The notes beneath the pieces were generated by a model that ran no database searches, had not been told where the DNA came from, and was given only the letters and a program-made list of their open reading frames with translations. DNA of 52,120 nucleotides, counting the filler, from Circinaria calcarea (lineage: Eukaryota): NCBI GenBank assembly GCA_051942165.1. It is 2 parts of 2 records of this genome, joined end to end, with 100 filler letters (N's around TTAATTAATTAA, not from the genome) between each part and the next. Parts side by side here need not be neighbours in the genome. Positions count along the whole stretch, not along the records: positions 26,156 to 52,120 come from JAVECS010000087.1; 1 more part is not named here. One strand, written 5' to 3'. The position numbers and the translations under genes were made by a program. This document shows positions 51,188-52,120 of this stretch, piece after piece. The stretch's first letter is position 1. Each line of letters starts with the position of its first letter.

Positions 51188-52120
51188 CTATATTAGAATC
51201 TTTGTAGCTATACTTAAAAGCCAGGCGGCATCCTTCCATCCACCATCTGCAGGCGGAGGCGGCACATCCCCTTTCGCACGAGGCTCCTTATCTCCAATCA
51301 CAATTCGATCACTTTCATCCCTCTTCCTTCTCCTGCTCCCCTCGTTAGCTGTACCGTCATCTCTCTTTTCCTCATCTTCTAACCCCTCATCCTTCCAGCC
51401 CTCCACGTCCTCCGTAGAATCCATCCATCCAACCGCCCAATCCATCCACCCGCCAACTCTCCCCCAGACCAACCTCCTCATCTCGCCCTCATCAACCTCA
51501 TCCCCTACATCTTCATCCCTCTCGTCCACATCCACAAACTGCGGTCCCTGAGCGCCGAAGAAAGCGTCATCCCTATCATCGGCCTCTCCAAGGGTTCTCA
51601 GGCCCAAAGGCGTCATGGCACCCACTCTACTCCCTCGCCGACTATTCTTGGCGCTGGTGAACCTCGAGTGCGGCTTCGAAGTATGCTTGACCGAATCCGG
51701 CGAGATGGAAAACTCATCGTCTGCTTCTGCGCTGGAGGCTCGTCTCTGGAGCGAGTAGGGAGGAACATCCACCAGTGAAGTCGAAGACGTGCGCGTCGCG
51801 AGCCAGCATTGGCCTTTTGATTCGGCGGTATTGTTCGTTAGCGCAGATGCTGTTTGGAGGATCCAATCCGTGCTGTCGGTGGCCTTCAAGCTCTTACTGC
51901 TAGGGGAACGCTGATGTAAGGACGAGAGATGGCCCGAGGACTTGGAAGCTGAGAGGGGTGTAAAGCTTGCAGCGAGATCGAAGAGGGCGTGAGCGGATTT
52001 GCTGGTCAAGGGATGGAGGCGCGTGCGCGAGGGGGAGCGGGAGAGAATAGAGGGAGATTGAGGGAGGGAGCGAGGCGCGAGGTAGGAGGTTGTGGTTGTA
52101 AGGGGGGAGAGGTCGGAGGG
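51188..52120 (-). CDS. DUF3984-like fungal hypothetical protein, 5' partial (runs off the window)
   Basis: Frame is open from the window end (SYLAPRSLPQSPSILSRSPSRTRLH); DWIL...ESKGQCWLATRTSSTSL, GGWMDWAVGW, GGWKDAAWLLSIATKIL. Family name is from memory. Confidence 0.75.
   Translation of the reverse strand, partial: PSDLSPLTTTTSYLAPRSLPQSPSILSRSPSRTRLHPLTSKSAHALFDLAASFTPLSASKSSGHLSSLHQRSPSSKSLKATDSTDWILQTASALTNNTAESKGQCWLATRTSSTSLVDVPPYSLQRRASSAEADDEFSISPDSVKHTSKPHSRFTSAKNSRRGSRVGAMTPLGLRTLGEADDRDDAFFGAQGPQFVDVDERDEDVGDEVDEGEMRRLVWGRVGGWMDWAVGWMDSTEDVEGWKDEGLEDEEKRDDGTANEGSRRRKRDESDRIVIGDKEPRAKGDVPPPPADGGWKDAAWLLSIATKILI

Overview
Gene-dense, intron-rich nuclear DNA from a filamentous ascomycete (Pezizomycotina, inferred from short GT-AG introns with CTRAC branch points and the gene set). 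About 23 mostly housekeeping genes are present, in order: a conserved hypothetical, LIG4, an amidase, IRS4-like EH protein, ASE1, CSN5, mitochondrial GluRS, Xdj1/Mas5-type DnaJ, RPL32, RluA-type pseudouridine synthase, hotdog thioesterase, Gfo/Idh/MocA oxidoreductase (cut by an artificial 100-bp contig linker at 26056-26155), GLR1, Cce1/Ydc2 resolvase, SOG2, RSM25, a PPR protein, a short RecQ, KHDC4/Blom7-like protein, MTR4, STS1/Cut8, two tandem DUF7918-like paralogs and a partial DUF3984-like gene. I found no convincing novel multi-gene system, transposon, CRISPR array or tRNA/rRNA. Best leads: (1) an AUG-less, probably CUG-initiated mitochondrial presequence on glutathione reductase; (2) two uncharacterised paralogs whose spliced C-termini carry SUMO-acceptor and SUMO-interacting motifs, one behind a tandem MCB promoter element; (3) a small, possibly N-myristoylated Cys-cluster gene upstream of SOG2. 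Exon structures were read by eye and family names come from motif recognition, not database searches.
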